Shown in pieces: positions 46,661 through 56,812 of a stretch of DNA of 64,000 nucleotides (its first letter is position 1; every line of letters begins with the position of its first letter). The DNA comes from Bdellovibrionales bacterium (GTDB taxonomy: Bacteria > Bdellovibrionota > Bdellovibrionia > Bdellovibrionales > UBA1609), in contig JAAOIH010000004.1 in assembly GCA_015163875.1 (NCBI GenBank), positions 11,984 to 75,983 on the forward strand, read 5' to 3'. A program made the position numbers and the translations under genes. The notes below the pieces were generated by a model. It saw only the letters and a list, made by a program, of their open reading frames with translations, made no database searches and was not told the origin of the DNA.

Positions 46661-47350
46661 TTAATTCTTTATATGCTTTATATGCTTTATATGCTCATAG
46701 CTCAAGCCTGTTTTGCTTATTATAAAATCTTTTAAATACTCTAGCCAATTTGTGTAAATTTCTTTCAAATTACAACAATATTCTAATTCTCGACTAAGAC
46801 TTGTTACTTGTAAATTTTTATACCCACAAGGATTAATCCAATTAAAAGATTCTAGATTATTATTTACATTTAATGAAATTCCGTGATAGCTAACACGATT
46901 TTTTACTCTTAGCCCTACAAATAAAATTTTTTTATTTTTAAAATATAGTCCGTCTTCTTTGTTATCTAAATGCATGCCGTATTTTATTTTTATTAATTTT
47001 TGAAAACTTTCTTTTAAAAAATTAACCCATTCTTTTATATCAATATTAAAAAAATCTAAAGACAGAATTGGATAAACTACTAATTGTTCTGGCATATGTA
47101 CAGTAACAGATCCCCCTCTTTTAACTTTTGTAAAAAAAAAATTTTTTTCAATTAATTTTTTTTTATTAGTAAAATCTTTTATGCCGCTTGATCGCAAGCC
47201 AGAGGTGACTACTGGAAAGTGAGACCCTGCTAATATATAAATAGACTTTTTATCAGATTTTTTATTAATAATATTAAAAACTTTTTTTTCTTGAAGTGAC
47301 AAAGCCTCTAAATAAGAGCAAGGATTTTTCCACTTACTGTAAATTTTCAT
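46661..47350 (-). CDS. lipB: lipoyl(octanoyl) transferase
   Basis: KRGGSVTVHMPEQLVVYPIL (compare RGGxxTyHGPGQ) and GISLNVNNNL...INPCG. Confidence 0.85.
   Translation of the reverse strand: MKIYSKWKNPCSYLEALSLQEKKVFNIINKKSDKKSIYILAGSHFPVVTSGLRSSGIKDFTNKKKLIEKNFFFTKVKRGGSVTVHMPEQLVVYPILSLDFFNIDIKEWVNFLKESFQKLIKIKYGMHLDNKEDGLYFKNKKILFVGLRVKNRVSYHGISLNVNNNLESFNWINPCGYKNLQVTSLSRELEYCCNLKEIYTNWLEYLKDFIISKTGLSYEHIKHIKHIKN
46671..46697. repeat. 9-bp tandem repeat, ~3 copies (ATATGCTTT)
   Basis: Encodes the HIKHIKHIK C-terminal tail of LipB. Confidence 0.8.
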
Positions 47351-47355
47351 ATAGT

Positions 47356-48831
47356 TTACTTTTTATTTTTAAGTTTTTTTAAAAAAAAACTAATTTTACT
47401 ATTATTAAATAACGAAACACTACTTATTTCATAACTTGGTAAAGATAAATTTTTAATTTTTTTTATAATATCTTGAGGTTTTAAAGTTGACGATAGTTTT
47501 AAATGAAACTCTGAACGGCTTAATGTTTGAACTTGTACATCTAAGACCTCTCGCATGTGAAATTTAAAAATAGAAATAAATTTATATAAATCAGATGGGT
47601 ACAAAGCTCCCTTTACTATTAAAGTAACTTCGTATGCCTGCAGCAAGGCTTTACTTTTTATTCCTACTAAATCTTTTAAAACCAAGTCTCCTGATTCTTT
47701 AAAAAATTCTAAAATTTGTTTTTTAATTTTTTTACTTATCTGTACAGGCGTCGTAGTTGATGTTTCAGGCCCTATGCTCCATTGTCTTTTTTTATTAAAA
47801 ACTACAACTGTTTTTTTATTAGAGGTTTTAAAAATTTTTAACATCAGCGTCATTTTTAATATTTGTTTTTGCTCGTCTAGTGAATATGATATCTCGGCAT
47901 TTAATATTAAATCGGGCTCCAAATAAGATGCTATTTTAATAGGGTAAAAAGAAGATTTTTTTAGCAAGTCTTTTGGTATAAATTTTTGAAAATTAAACTT
48001 TGTTGGATTAAAAAGATACAGTGACAAAGGTTTTGCCTGATTTGCAAAATATTTTAAAAATTGTAATTTTAAGTCATCTATTGTCCTGTCCAAACTTGTT
48101 TGTTTATTTAACACAGAGTTGTTTTTGTCTTCTGTGATAATAGATAGAGATTTTTTATCTATTTGATTTTTAGATTCTATATCTATTGCAGATGAATATA
48201 AAGATACATTACTTTTTTGCCACCAATTTTTTGCATAACCTGTTTTAGTGTTTAATATATTAAACATTGGTAAAATATTAAATTTATCTTTAATGATATG
48301 AAGAAGGCCTTCTTTGTCTAATATTTTTTTTAAATTTATAAAAGATATTTTTAATCTAACACTTGCAGTAGATATAAAAGAAAATTTTGAATTTATATTA
48401 AACTTAAAAACTTTTTCTGAAAAAATATAATACTTAGTTTTTTTATCTATTATAAACTGTAGTCGCCTTTTTAAAGACTTTATTTTGTTGTCCTCTAAAA
48501 CAATATTAAATAAAACCTGTGAAACCTTGTGCCTTGCGTCTTTTAAGGCCAAAAAATAAATTTGGCTTTTTGGCAAACTATGCCAATTAGAATTCTTTAA
48601 TTTAGTATTAACATGATAAAATGGAAACTCTAGCTCCAGGCTACTATTTCCTTGTAGTGCTTTATTTTTAACAAATTCTAAAAATTTTTTTTGATGTAGT
48701 TGTTTATCTTTGATTATTTTTAAAGCAGACTCTTTCATGCCTTCTGGTAAATTTAACAGGTTAAGATTTTGCTCTGATTTAGCTGGTAAAAAAAATACTA
48801 ATATTAAAAAAAAAACAACGGACTTAAACAT
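47356..48831 (-). CDS. exported hypothetical protein (491 aa)
   Basis: Signal peptide MFKSVVFFLILVFFLPAKS. There is a 5-nt gap to lipB. No family recognised. Confidence 0.5.
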   Translation of the reverse strand: MFKSVVFFLILVFFLPAKSEQNLNLLNLPEGMKESALKIIKDKQLHQKKFLEFVKNKALQGNSSLELEFPFYHVNTKLKNSNWHSLPKSQIYFLALKDARHKVSQVLFNIVLEDNKIKSLKRRLQFIIDKKTKYYIFSEKVFKFNINSKFSFISTASVRLKISFINLKKILDKEGLLHIIKDKFNILPMFNILNTKTGYAKNWWQKSNVSLYSSAIDIESKNQIDKKSLSIITEDKNNSVLNKQTSLDRTIDDLKLQFLKYFANQAKPLSLYLFNPTKFNFQKFIPKDLLKKSSFYPIKIASYLEPDLILNAEISYSLDEQKQILKMTLMLKIFKTSNKKTVVVFNKKRQWSIGPETSTTTPVQISKKIKKQILEFFKESGDLVLKDLVGIKSKALLQAYEVTLIVKGALYPSDLYKFISIFKFHMREVLDVQVQTLSRSEFHLKLSSTLKPQDIIKKIKNLSLPSYEISSVSLFNNSKISFFLKKLKNKK

Positions 48832-48895
48832 GCCATTAACCTTAATAAGTCACTCTGTTGATGTCAAAAAATATGTTTCTTAATTATTAAGAGAA

Positions 48896-48922
48896 TTGAC
48901 ATAAAGGCCCGTTTACTACAAT
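48896..48922 (+). promoter_or_regulatory. candidate sigma-70 promoter of tRNA-Leu
   Basis: TTGACA at 48896..48901, then TACAAT (15-nt spacer) or CAATAT (17-nt spacer), about 20 nt before the tRNA 5' end. Confidence 0.35.
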
Positions 48923-48942
48923 ATTACTTAAAATGTCTACTT

Positions 48943-49030
48943 GCCCCGGTGGCGGAATTGGTAGACGCACAGGACTTAAAATCCTGCGGCCTTTTTGGCC
49001 GTGCCAGTTCAAGTCTGGCCCGGGGCACCA
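48943..49030 (+). tRNA. tRNA-Leu (anticodon UAA), class II, CCA encoded
   Basis: Acceptor GCCCCGG/CCGGGGC plus A-CCA, anticodon stem CAGGA/TCCTG with loop CTTAAAA, long variable arm, T-arm CCAGTTCAAGTCTGG. Confidence 0.9.
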
Positions 49031-49073
49031 TTTTTTACTAGACAATGCCTAATAAGATTTTTATTATAAATTT

Positions 49074-49565
49074 ATGAATATATTAAAAAAATACCTTTTA
49101 AGCTTGTTTGCAATTGTACTTTTTAGCTTTAACAGTAATGCTGCTGATTTATACCGTAAAATGGGACTTGGTTATCAAAATACTGAAATTCCAGCTTTAT
49201 CAACTAGATATCACTTTCAACAAAAATTATCTTTAACAGTTAGTACTGGCTTTACCACTAATCAAAATCATACTAAATTTCTTTTAGAGGGTAAAATACA
49301 AAAAGTATTATTTGAAGAAAGATACTTAAATGTTTTTGTAGGGACTGGTATAGGGATTATTAATGAAAGAGTTAAAAGTGGCAATCTTAAAAACAACGGA
49401 TTTAAAATTCATGCAACTATGGGGGCCGAATTTTTTTTAGTTAATCTTCCAAACCTTGGTTTTATATTTGAAACAGGAGTAAGCCTGCAAAGTAAATCTG
49501 GAAATATTCAAGTAGATACTTTGGCATATGTTCCATTTAATGCTGGGGTTTATTTTTATTTTTAA
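49074..49565 (+). CDS. small outer-membrane beta-barrel protein
   Basis: Signal peptide ...SFNSNA|A, about 8 amphipathic strands, and a C-terminal GVYFYF. Confidence 0.6.
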   Translation: MNILKKYLLSLFAIVLFSFNSNAADLYRKMGLGYQNTEIPALSTRYHFQQKLSLTVSTGFTTNQNHTKFLLEGKIQKVLFEERYLNVFVGTGIGIINERVKSGNLKNNGFKIHATMGAEFFLVNLPNLGFIFETGVSLQSKSGNIQVDTLAYVPFNAGVYFYF

Positions 49566-49585
49566 AAATAACACAAAAGACTCAA

Positions 49586-49963
49586 ATGTATAAAATTATA
49601 AACAGCACTAAAGCTGCTCAGCCTATTGGGCCATATTCGCAGGCTGTAGAAATTAATAATTTTATGTACTTGTCAGGGCAAATTCCATTAGATGAAAATG
49701 GAAATTTAAATTCAACAGATGTTGAACAACAAACTCATCAAGTTTTTAAAAATATTAAAAATGTACTAGATGCAAATAAATTAAATTTAAATAATGTATT
49801 TAAAAGTCTTATTTTTTTAAAAGATATGAATGACTTTGCAACAGTAAATAAAGTTTACTCTCAATATTTTGTAGAAAATTTTCCAGCAAGGTCTTGTGTA
49901 GAGGTGTCTAGGCTGCCTAAAGATGTTCTTGTAGAAATAGAGGTTATTGCCTACACAAAATAA
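49586..49963 (+). CDS. ridA: RidA/YjgF-family reactive intermediate deaminase
   Basis: PIGPYSQAV...LSGQIP and ARSCVEVSRLPKDVLVEIEVIA. Confidence 0.9.
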   Translation: MYKIINSTKAAQPIGPYSQAVEINNFMYLSGQIPLDENGNLNSTDVEQQTHQVFKNIKNVLDANKLNLNNVFKSLIFLKDMNDFATVNKVYSQYFVENFPARSCVEVSRLPKDVLVEIEVIAYTK

Positions 49964-49994
49964 ATTATATTTATATATTTTATTATAAACACCA

Positions 49995-51230
49995 GTGATA
50001 AAATTATTTTTAAAAAATTATCTTTTTAACTCCTCTAGTAATTCTGTTGTTAAAATAATATCTCGTATTTGTCTTATAAGCTCGGCAATTTCTATAGCCG
50101 GCCTTATTATAGTGTTAAATATAATGAATGATATGTCTTTAAAAATTCAAAAAAGATTGTTGGGGTCAGAGCCTCATATTAGTATTGGCATTGACATTAA
50201 TAAAAACAAAAAATTAAATTATAAAAATAAATGGAAACAGCTTGATACTTTTTTAAAAAAACAAAAAAATATTGAACACATACGACATGTTAAAAAACAA
50301 GAGCTTATTATTAAAACTAATTTTTCTGGACTTCAAAGTGTAATAGCTAAAGAATTTTATACTAAAGATTTTTCTATTTTTTTAAAAAATACTTACAAAC
50401 AATACCCTCACCTAAAACCTATTAACTCTTTTCAATATAAAAACAGAAATCTTTTGTCAGTGTACATAGAGGAAAGCTTAGCTCAATATTTACAAATACA
50501 AGAAGGCGATAAAATATTATTATTTAAACCACGGTCTTTGCTGACTAATATAGAAAATTTAGAGCCTTATAAACAATTAGAGGTAAAAGGCCTTCTTCCA
50601 TCTGAGTCAAAAACAAATACTGAAAAAATAATTTATTTTGAAAATTTATCAACAAACAAGTTTAAAAAAATATTTCCTATAGAGCTGCAATTACACAGGC
50701 CTTATAAATATAAAGATATTTATAAAAAGATAAAAATATTTTCTAAATCTATTAACCTGCCTATTAAAATTACTAACTGGAAGCAAAATAATCATATTTT
50801 ATTTTTTTCTTTAAATATGGAAAAATCTATAATGGCTTTGTTTTTTATAATTAGTTTAATTATAAATTCATTATCAATTATGACTTTAATTTTTTTACTA
50901 ATTGCGCAAAAAAGAAAAGATATTCGCATACTTTATGCAATGGGTTTTTCACAAAATCATATTAAAAAATTATTTATGAAAATTAGTTTTATATTGTCAC
51001 TTGTTGGAATGCTTGCGGGCCTAGTAATCGGCTTGGGAGTTAGTTTGTATTTAAAATATCTTCCATTACAGATACTTCCAAATATTTTTTACAATAATGC
51101 CATATCTGCTAAAATTGATTTTCCAATTTTAGGATTAAGTTTAATTTCTATATTATTTTTTGGATATATTGGAGCATGGATTCCAATAAAAATTCAATTT
51201 AAAAAAATGAAAATTAAATATCAAGTATAA
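49995..51230 (+). CDS. LolC/LolE-family lipoprotein-release ABC permease (FtsX-like)
   Basis: GTG start. The N-terminal TM helix with ...LNIMNDMSLKIQKRLLGSEPHISI matches the LolC/E pattern. A large periplasmic domain is followed by a C-terminal FtsX 3-TM module. Confidence 0.75.
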   Translation: MIKLFLKNYLFNSSSNSVVKIISRICLISSAISIAGLIIVLNIMNDMSLKIQKRLLGSEPHISIGIDINKNKKLNYKNKWKQLDTFLKKQKNIEHIRHVKKQELIIKTNFSGLQSVIAKEFYTKDFSIFLKNTYKQYPHLKPINSFQYKNRNLLSVYIEESLAQYLQIQEGDKILLFKPRSLLTNIENLEPYKQLEVKGLLPSESKTNTEKIIYFENLSTNKFKKIFPIELQLHRPYKYKDIYKKIKIFSKSINLPIKITNWKQNNHILFFSLNMEKSIMALFFIISLIINSLSIMTLIFLLIAQKRKDIRILYAMGFSQNHIKKLFMKISFILSLVGMLAGLVIGLGVSLYLKYLPLQILPNIFYNNAISAKIDFPILGLSLISILFFGYIGAWIPIKIQFKKMKIKYQV

Positions 51231-51232
51231 TA

Positions 51233-52309
51233 TTAAGATTTTATATTTTTCCACAAAAAAACACCTAAAAAAGTAAACAAAATAGCTGGTAAAAAAATAA
51301 TCAAAACACTTTCAAGGCCTAATGCAAGTTTAATGCTCCCTGTATAAATAAACCAATAAAAAATAGACAGCACAACTCCAAATGTATTTTTTTTATAAGA
51401 TTTAAAGCGACTAATAAATGGCCCAACGCTAAATGGTACAAATATAATAATCAACAATAATCCAGAAAAAGATAACAAAAATCTAGAATAATATTCAACT
51501 TCATATCTTACAGTATTTAATCCTAAATTTTTATTATTTTTTACAAATTTATATAATTCTAAACTGTTCATGTATTTATAAAATTCTATACTAAAATTAA
51601 AATGTTTAATCTTTGGAGGCTTGCTGATAATATGATCTAAAAAAGTTTTTGTTAGCACTAAATTATTATTATCTACGCTGTAACTTTTTCCGTTATATAG
51701 CTTCCATGACATGCTAGATGTAAAGTCCACAAATTTTGCTTTAATAAAATAATCTAAATTCCATGTGGGTGAAAATTTGTACAAAGATAAATTTTTTCCA
51801 CTTTTGCCTGATTGATCTACAGATTGCAGGTTAAAAATAAAATTATTAGATTCATACCAAATTTTATTGCTGCTTAAAGATAACAAGGGTATTTGCTCTT
51901 TCCACACCTCCTCATGATATACCCTTTTGGCCTTTTTTAATAAAATTGGGTTAACATAAGTTAATATAAACAGGGTAATTAGGCTTAAAATAATGGATAA
52001 AAAAAATACTGGCTTTAAAATTTTATATAAAGACTGCCCTGAGCTTTGGCAAATAAATAGCTCTTTTGCCTTGTCTAGATGGCTGATAGTAAGGCTTATT
52101 GCTAATACACTAACAATACCAGATATTTGAATAAAAATTTCTGTGGATAAATAGACAAAATATTTAACCAAAGAGGCAATGGATACATCTGCTCTAAGCG
52201 CCAGCTCCAAAATACCGATGGTATAATAAACCCCTGTCAAAACGACTAACACTTTGGCCCAATTTTTTAAAAAAGTTATTAATAAATATCGATCCAGCAT
52301 TGTTATCAT
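51233..52309 (-). CDS. LptF/LptG-family LPS export permease
   Basis: MLDRYLL... N-terminus and YjgP/YjgQ architecture. Confidence 0.75.
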   Translation of the reverse strand: MITMLDRYLLITFLKNWAKVLVVLTGVYYTIGILELALRADVSIASLVKYFVYLSTEIFIQISGIVSVLAISLTISHLDKAKELFICQSSGQSLYKILKPVFFLSIILSLITLFILTYVNPILLKKAKRVYHEEVWKEQIPLLSLSSNKIWYESNNFIFNLQSVDQSGKSGKNLSLYKFSPTWNLDYFIKAKFVDFTSSMSWKLYNGKSYSVDNNNLVLTKTFLDHIISKPPKIKHFNFSIEFYKYMNSLELYKFVKNNKNLGLNTVRYEVEYYSRFLLSFSGLLLIIIFVPFSVGPFISRFKSYKKNTFGVVLSIFYWFIYTGSIKLALGLESVLIIFLPAILFTFLGVFLWKNIKS

Positions 52310-52375
52310 AAGATATCTTAACTCTAAATTGAAGCGCTTGACTACTTAATAAAAAATTTTCTAACATAAGTATAT

Positions 52376-53101
52376 ATGTCACTTAAAATACTACTTATTG
52401 ATAATAGCCATGCCATAAAAAAAGTTTTTGCCATTTCTTTAAAGGGCTATGACTATGATTTAAAATTTACTGATAATACTAACGAAGCATTAAATATTAT
52501 TAAAAATTTTAAACCTGAAATTATTTTTATAGATTCTTTAGACCAAGATTTAAAAATATCAGAATTTATAAAAAAATGTAACGAGGATACAAAATCACAT
52601 ATTGTTTTATTAAAAAATAGTGCTTTAAAAAATACAGAGAGTATAAAAACATTAATTAAGTCTAAGGCAATTAAGAATGTTTTAGAAAAACCATTTAACA
52701 AGCAAGATTTGCGTGAAATTATACACCCTTATGTTTATAACGAAAATAATGACGACTCTTTAGACACGCCAGTAACTTTGGACCCTGTTGTAAAATGGGA
52801 AAATAATATTGATGTCGAAAAATCAGAAATTCTTGATAAAAATTTAGATAAAACTAAAAATACTGACAAGCAAGAAGAAAAATTATCAATTACAACCGAA
52901 GCATTACAAAAAATAGTGTTAGAACAATTAAATTATTTTTTTAAAGACAAATCAAAAAAAATTATTGAAGAGTTAGCAACTCCTATAATTCAAGAATATG
53001 TTCAAGAAAAAGTAAAAAATTTAGCAAAAAATATTATTGAACAAGAAATTCAAAAAATGCTTAATCAGCAAGACGCTCCATCTAAGTTAAAACAAATATA
53101 A
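52376..53101 (+). CDS. receiver-domain protein with an acidic linker and a helical C-terminal region (no recognised output domain)
   Basis: KILLIDNS, PEIIFIDSL and VLEKPF keep the acceptor Asp and Lys but lack the second N-terminal Asp and the Thr/Ser. Confidence 0.6.
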   Translation: MSLKILLIDNSHAIKKVFAISLKGYDYDLKFTDNTNEALNIIKNFKPEIIFIDSLDQDLKISEFIKKCNEDTKSHIVLLKNSALKNTESIKTLIKSKAIKNVLEKPFNKQDLREIIHPYVYNENNDDSLDTPVTLDPVVKWENNIDVEKSEILDKNLDKTKNTDKQEEKLSITTEALQKIVLEQLNYFFKDKSKKIIEELATPIIQEYVQEKVKNLAKNIIEQEIQKMLNQQDAPSKLKQI

Positions 53102-53118
53102 ACTTTTTAACTTTTAAA

Positions 53119-53706
53119 ATGAAAGACATTAATACTATTAGCAAAGCTAGCGTTGAATGGTTTAGTAAAAATAACTTAGATTGTGATTATACAAAAGTCA
53201 CTAATAGCACACAAGACTTAGCTAAAAAAGAGGCTTTTAATTTAAGCTCTACTTTAAAACTTTATATAGCTGATTATCAATCTTGTGGTCGCGGAAGAGT
53301 AAATGACAGAGTTTGGACATCTAAAGCTGGAGATAATTTTTTAAGCACATGGTCTTGGAATTTTACTCAGACAAACATTACAACAACTTTATCTGAAAAA
53401 ATTGGAAATCAAGTAATTTTAGCATGCAAAAAAACTTGGCCACATCTAGATTGGAATCTTAATCTTCCCAATGATATTTATTTAAATAATAAAAAAACTG
53501 CAGGTTTGCTTATTGATATTTTAAACCAGGGTGATAAAAATAGATTGTTAATAGGCTTTGGTTTTAATATTTACAGCTTTCCAGATAATTTAAATAATAA
53601 AAGTACAAATTTATCTGGCCAAACAGATTTTAATATTAATGATTGGGAGGCGTTTTTAAAAGCTTTATTTGAAAATTGGAACAAACTCTTAAAAAAAAAT
53701 ATCTAA
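53119..53706 (+). CDS. birA: biotin--[acetyl-CoA-carboxylase] ligase, short form without HTH
   Basis: QSCGRGRVNDRVWTS (GRGR motif) and LPNDIYLNNKKTAGLLI (compare KWPNDLY..KLAGILVE). Confidence 0.7.
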   Translation: MKDINTISKASVEWFSKNNLDCDYTKVTNSTQDLAKKEAFNLSSTLKLYIADYQSCGRGRVNDRVWTSKAGDNFLSTWSWNFTQTNITTTLSEKIGNQVILACKKTWPHLDWNLNLPNDIYLNNKKTAGLLIDILNQGDKNRLLIGFGFNIYSFPDNLNNKSTNLSGQTDFNINDWEAFLKALFENWNKLLKKNI

Positions 53707-53744
53707 AACTGTACCACAAACTTAAACAAAAACTTTGCCACAAA

Positions 53745-54929
53745 CTACAAAGTATTTAAATATTTTGTAATAGAAATTAATTCTTTAACAAAAAGTACAA
53801 TATCTTGTTTACTAGTTTGCCATCCCAAGCTAATTCGCAAAGAAGACCTTGCTTGGTTATCGCAATAGCCCATAGCTTTTAATACTTTGCTTGCCTCAGA
53901 GCTTCCAGAACTACATGCAGACCCAGTGCTTAATGCTATGTTTTTTAAATCTAAGCTCATAAGCATGCTTTCTCCATTTAAATTAGAAAATAAAATATTA
54001 GATGTATTTGGAAGTCTAAGAAAATCTTTTCCAATAATTTTAGAATTAGAAATATTTTTTAAAATTTCTTCTTCCATAAAATCGCGCAAAGTTTTCATTT
54101 TTAAAAAATATTCAGAAATTATTTTTGAATCTAACATATGCTCTGCCATTAATCCAAAAGATGCTATAGACAAAGTGTTTTCTGTTCCCGCCCTTCTAAA
54201 ACGCTCTTGCCCTCCGCCTTGAATTAAAGAATTTATATTTACTCCTTTTTTTACATATAATAAACCAGAGCCTTTTAAACTATAAATTTTATGAGATGAA
54301 AAAGAAACAAGATCGGCTCCTAATTTTTTTAAATTTAATGGAACTTTTCCAAACGCCTGAACTGCATCGCAATGAAGCAATGCTCCGCAGTCTTTTACCA
54401 TATTGCTAATTTTATTAATTGGAAAAATGTGACCAGTTTCATTATTGGCATACATTATCGAAAGCATAGCTACATCTGTTCCTAACAAAGGTTTTAATTG
54501 ATCTAAATTAATTTGCCCGTCTTTATTTACTGGTAATATATCTAACTTTAAGCCAAATTTTTTTAAATACTCTGCTGTTTTAAAAACACTTGGATGCTCA
54601 ACTGAACTTATAATAAATCTATTACGAACATTTTTATCACTATTTGTTTTGTCTAATAGTTGCGGTAATACTTGAGAGAAAAAAACGCCCTGTAATGCTA
54701 AATTGTTAGCTTCGCTTCCTCCAGAGGTAAAAATTAACTCCAAAGAGCTTACTTTTAATAATTTAGCTAAATTTTGTCGAGCTTCTCTTATAATTTTTTT
54801 AGGTTCTCTGCCAGTTTGATTAATTGAACTAGGATTTCCCCAGTCTTCCATTTTTTTAATTAAAATTTTTTTTAAAAATGGAGCTAGTGGAGTTGTAGCA
54901 TTATTATCAAGATAAATGGCTGTCTTCAT
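53745..54929 (-). CDS. cysteine desulfurase (NifS/IscS class I)
   Basis: TSGGSEANN, PLP lysine in SSHKIYSLKG, and the active-site loop STGSACSSGS. Confidence 0.9.
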   Translation of the reverse strand: MKTAIYLDNNATTPLAPFLKKILIKKMEDWGNPSSINQTGREPKKIIREARQNLAKLLKVSSLELIFTSGGSEANNLALQGVFFSQVLPQLLDKTNSDKNVRNRFIISSVEHPSVFKTAEYLKKFGLKLDILPVNKDGQINLDQLKPLLGTDVAMLSIMYANNETGHIFPINKISNMVKDCGALLHCDAVQAFGKVPLNLKKLGADLVSFSSHKIYSLKGSGLLYVKKGVNINSLIQGGGQERFRRAGTENTLSIASFGLMAEHMLDSKIISEYFLKMKTLRDFMEEEILKNISNSKIIGKDFLRLPNTSNILFSNLNGESMLMSLDLKNIALSTGSACSSGSSEASKVLKAMGYCDNQARSSLRISLGWQTSKQDIVLFVKELISITKYLNTL

Positions 54930-54945
54930 AAGTTAAATGTTATTT

Positions 54946-56082
54946 TTAGTAAATAGCTTCTCTTAATTTTGCACTTAAATAATCCATTAGCCAAACTACA
55001 GATGCAATAACAATTACAATTGTTCCAACTTCGTTCCATTGGGCTAAGCCTTGATACTGAACTAAAAGTGTACCAATTCCCCCTCCTCCAACTAATCCAA
55101 TTACTGTAGCCATTCGAATATTAATATCCCATCTGTAAATCGTAAATGATAAATATGGTAAAATAATTTGTGGAACAACGGCATACCAAACTACTAAAAC
55201 TGGGTGAGCACCTGTGCTTTCGATAGCCTCTAAAGGGCCTTGCCCAACAGATTCAATTTGTTCTGAATATAATTTAATTAAAGAAGAAACAGAATGAATA
55301 GCTAAAGCTAGCATTCCTGCAAATGGACCAACCCCCACCCAAACAGAAAATATAACTGCCCAAACTAGTGGCTCTACAGATCGTGTAAAGTTAGAAATAA
55401 ATCTGATTACTGTATAAACAGAATTTCCTAAAAGAGAGTTTTTCATTAAATTACGAGCTGCAAAAAAACTAAAGAAAAATGCAATAGGTATAGCAATAAA
55501 TGTAGCTAGGAATGCAATAAAAATAGTATCTACCATGCTAGATAACACTTGAGATATAATATTCCAGTTTGGTTGAAATAGCGCAGAAAATATTCTTTTA
55601 GCTCCGCTTAAACCTTGTGAGCTAAATAATAAATAAAGATTAATATCTACTAAAATGCTTCCTAATAATATTGTTAAAATTAAAACTAAAGAAATAAAAA
55701 TTCCTGAAAAAGAAAATAAATTAAATTCAGATTGTAGCTCTTTTCTATTTTTTAAAAACTTGTTAGTTTTATATATTGCCATAGACCCTAAAGAGCTATT
55801 TTTAGATGTCCATAATAAAGAAAAAATAAAACTAAATGCTAATAAAATAAAATAAAAAAATGAAGGTAAAATATTTTTTTCATATATTAAATAAGAAGAA
55901 GAAAAAAACAAAGAAAAAAATAAATAAAAACTTAATAAAAAATTAATAAAAAAAGCTTTGGCTTTAGCGCTGCGCTTTTCTTTTGAAATGTGATTTTCAA
56001 AACTTTCTGTGGTTTTAAATTTATTCAATTCCAACCTCTCTGGCTTGTTCGCCATAAATTCTTTTAAACCAAGCTTCGTCAA
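54946..56082 (-). CDS. phnE: phosphonate ABC transporter permease with an extended N-terminus (start uncertain)
   Basis: The C-terminal ~260 aa fit PhnE (ATFIAIPIAFFFS..., EAIESTGA, VVPQILP, IRMATVIGLVGGGGIG). The ORF overlaps the phnC 3' end by 62 nt. Confidence 0.8.
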   Translation of the reverse strand: MTKLGLKEFMANKPERLELNKFKTTESFENHISKEKRSAKAKAFFINFLLSFYLFFSLFFSSSYLIYEKNILPSFFYFILLAFSFIFSLLWTSKNSSLGSMAIYKTNKFLKNRKELQSEFNLFSFSGIFISLVLILTILLGSILVDINLYLLFSSQGLSGAKRIFSALFQPNWNIISQVLSSMVDTIFIAFLATFIAIPIAFFFSFFAARNLMKNSLLGNSVYTVIRFISNFTRSVEPLVWAVIFSVWVGVGPFAGMLALAIHSVSSLIKLYSEQIESVGQGPLEAIESTGAHPVLVVWYAVVPQIILPYLSFTIYRWDINIRMATVIGLVGGGGIGTLLVQYQGLAQWNEVGTIVIVIASVVWLMDYLSAKLREAIY

Positions 56083-56791
56083 TATCTAATGGAGATCCTT
56101 CAAAAACTAATTTTCCATCTTTTAATGCAATTACTCTTGTTGCATACTTTCTAACCAAGCTTAAAAAATGTAAATTGCAAACTACAGTTTTGTTTAATTC
56201 TTTATTAATATAGGCTAAGTGATCCATAACAGAATGCGATGTTGCTGGGTCAAGACTTGCTACTGGTTCGTCGGCTAATAAAATTTCTGGATCTTGCATA
56301 AGCGCCCTTGCAATTGCAACTCTTTGCTGCTGACCTCCACTTAATTCGTCTGCCCTAATATAAGCTTTATCTTTTAATCCTACTAATTCTAAATTGCTCA
56401 TAGCTTTGTCTGTTTCTTTTTTAGAAAATTTAGCAAAAATGCCATTAAATAAACTAACTTTAGCCAAAGACCCAGAAAGCACATTAACTAAAACGCTTTT
56501 TCTTGAAATTAAATTAAAATGTTGAAAAATCATTCCAATAGATTTTCTGGCAAGTCGTAATTCTTTTGATTTTAAACTAATTATATCTTGTCCTTGAAAA
56601 TTAATTTCACCAGAAGACGATGGCACAAGCCCATTAATACACCTAAGCATGGTTGATTTTCCAGATCCGCTTAAGCCAATTACTGCTAAAAACTCACCCT
56701 GCTTAACATCAAAAGACACAGATTTTAAAGCATGAACTCCATTTTCATAAAACTTTTCTAAATTTTTAATCTCTAAAATTGTTTTGCTCAT
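56021..56791 (-). CDS. phnC: phosphonate ABC transporter ATP-binding protein
   Basis: Walker A GLSGSGKST, signature LSGGQQQRV, Walker B ILLADEP, and a PhnC-type C-terminus. Confidence 0.9.
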   Translation of the reverse strand: MSKTILEIKNLEKFYENGVHALKSVSFDVKQGEFLAVIGLSGSGKSTMLRCINGLVPSSSGEINFQGQDIISLKSKELRLARKSIGMIFQHFNLISRKSVLVNVLSGSLAKVSLFNGIFAKFSKKETDKAMSNLELVGLKDKAYIRADELSGGQQQRVAIARALMQDPEILLADEPVASLDPATSHSVMDHLAYINKELNKTVVCNLHFLSLVRKYATRVIALKDGKLVFEGSPLDIDEAWFKRIYGEQAREVGIE

Positions 56792-56812
56792 AAATATTTT
56801 TTTATTTTTTAT

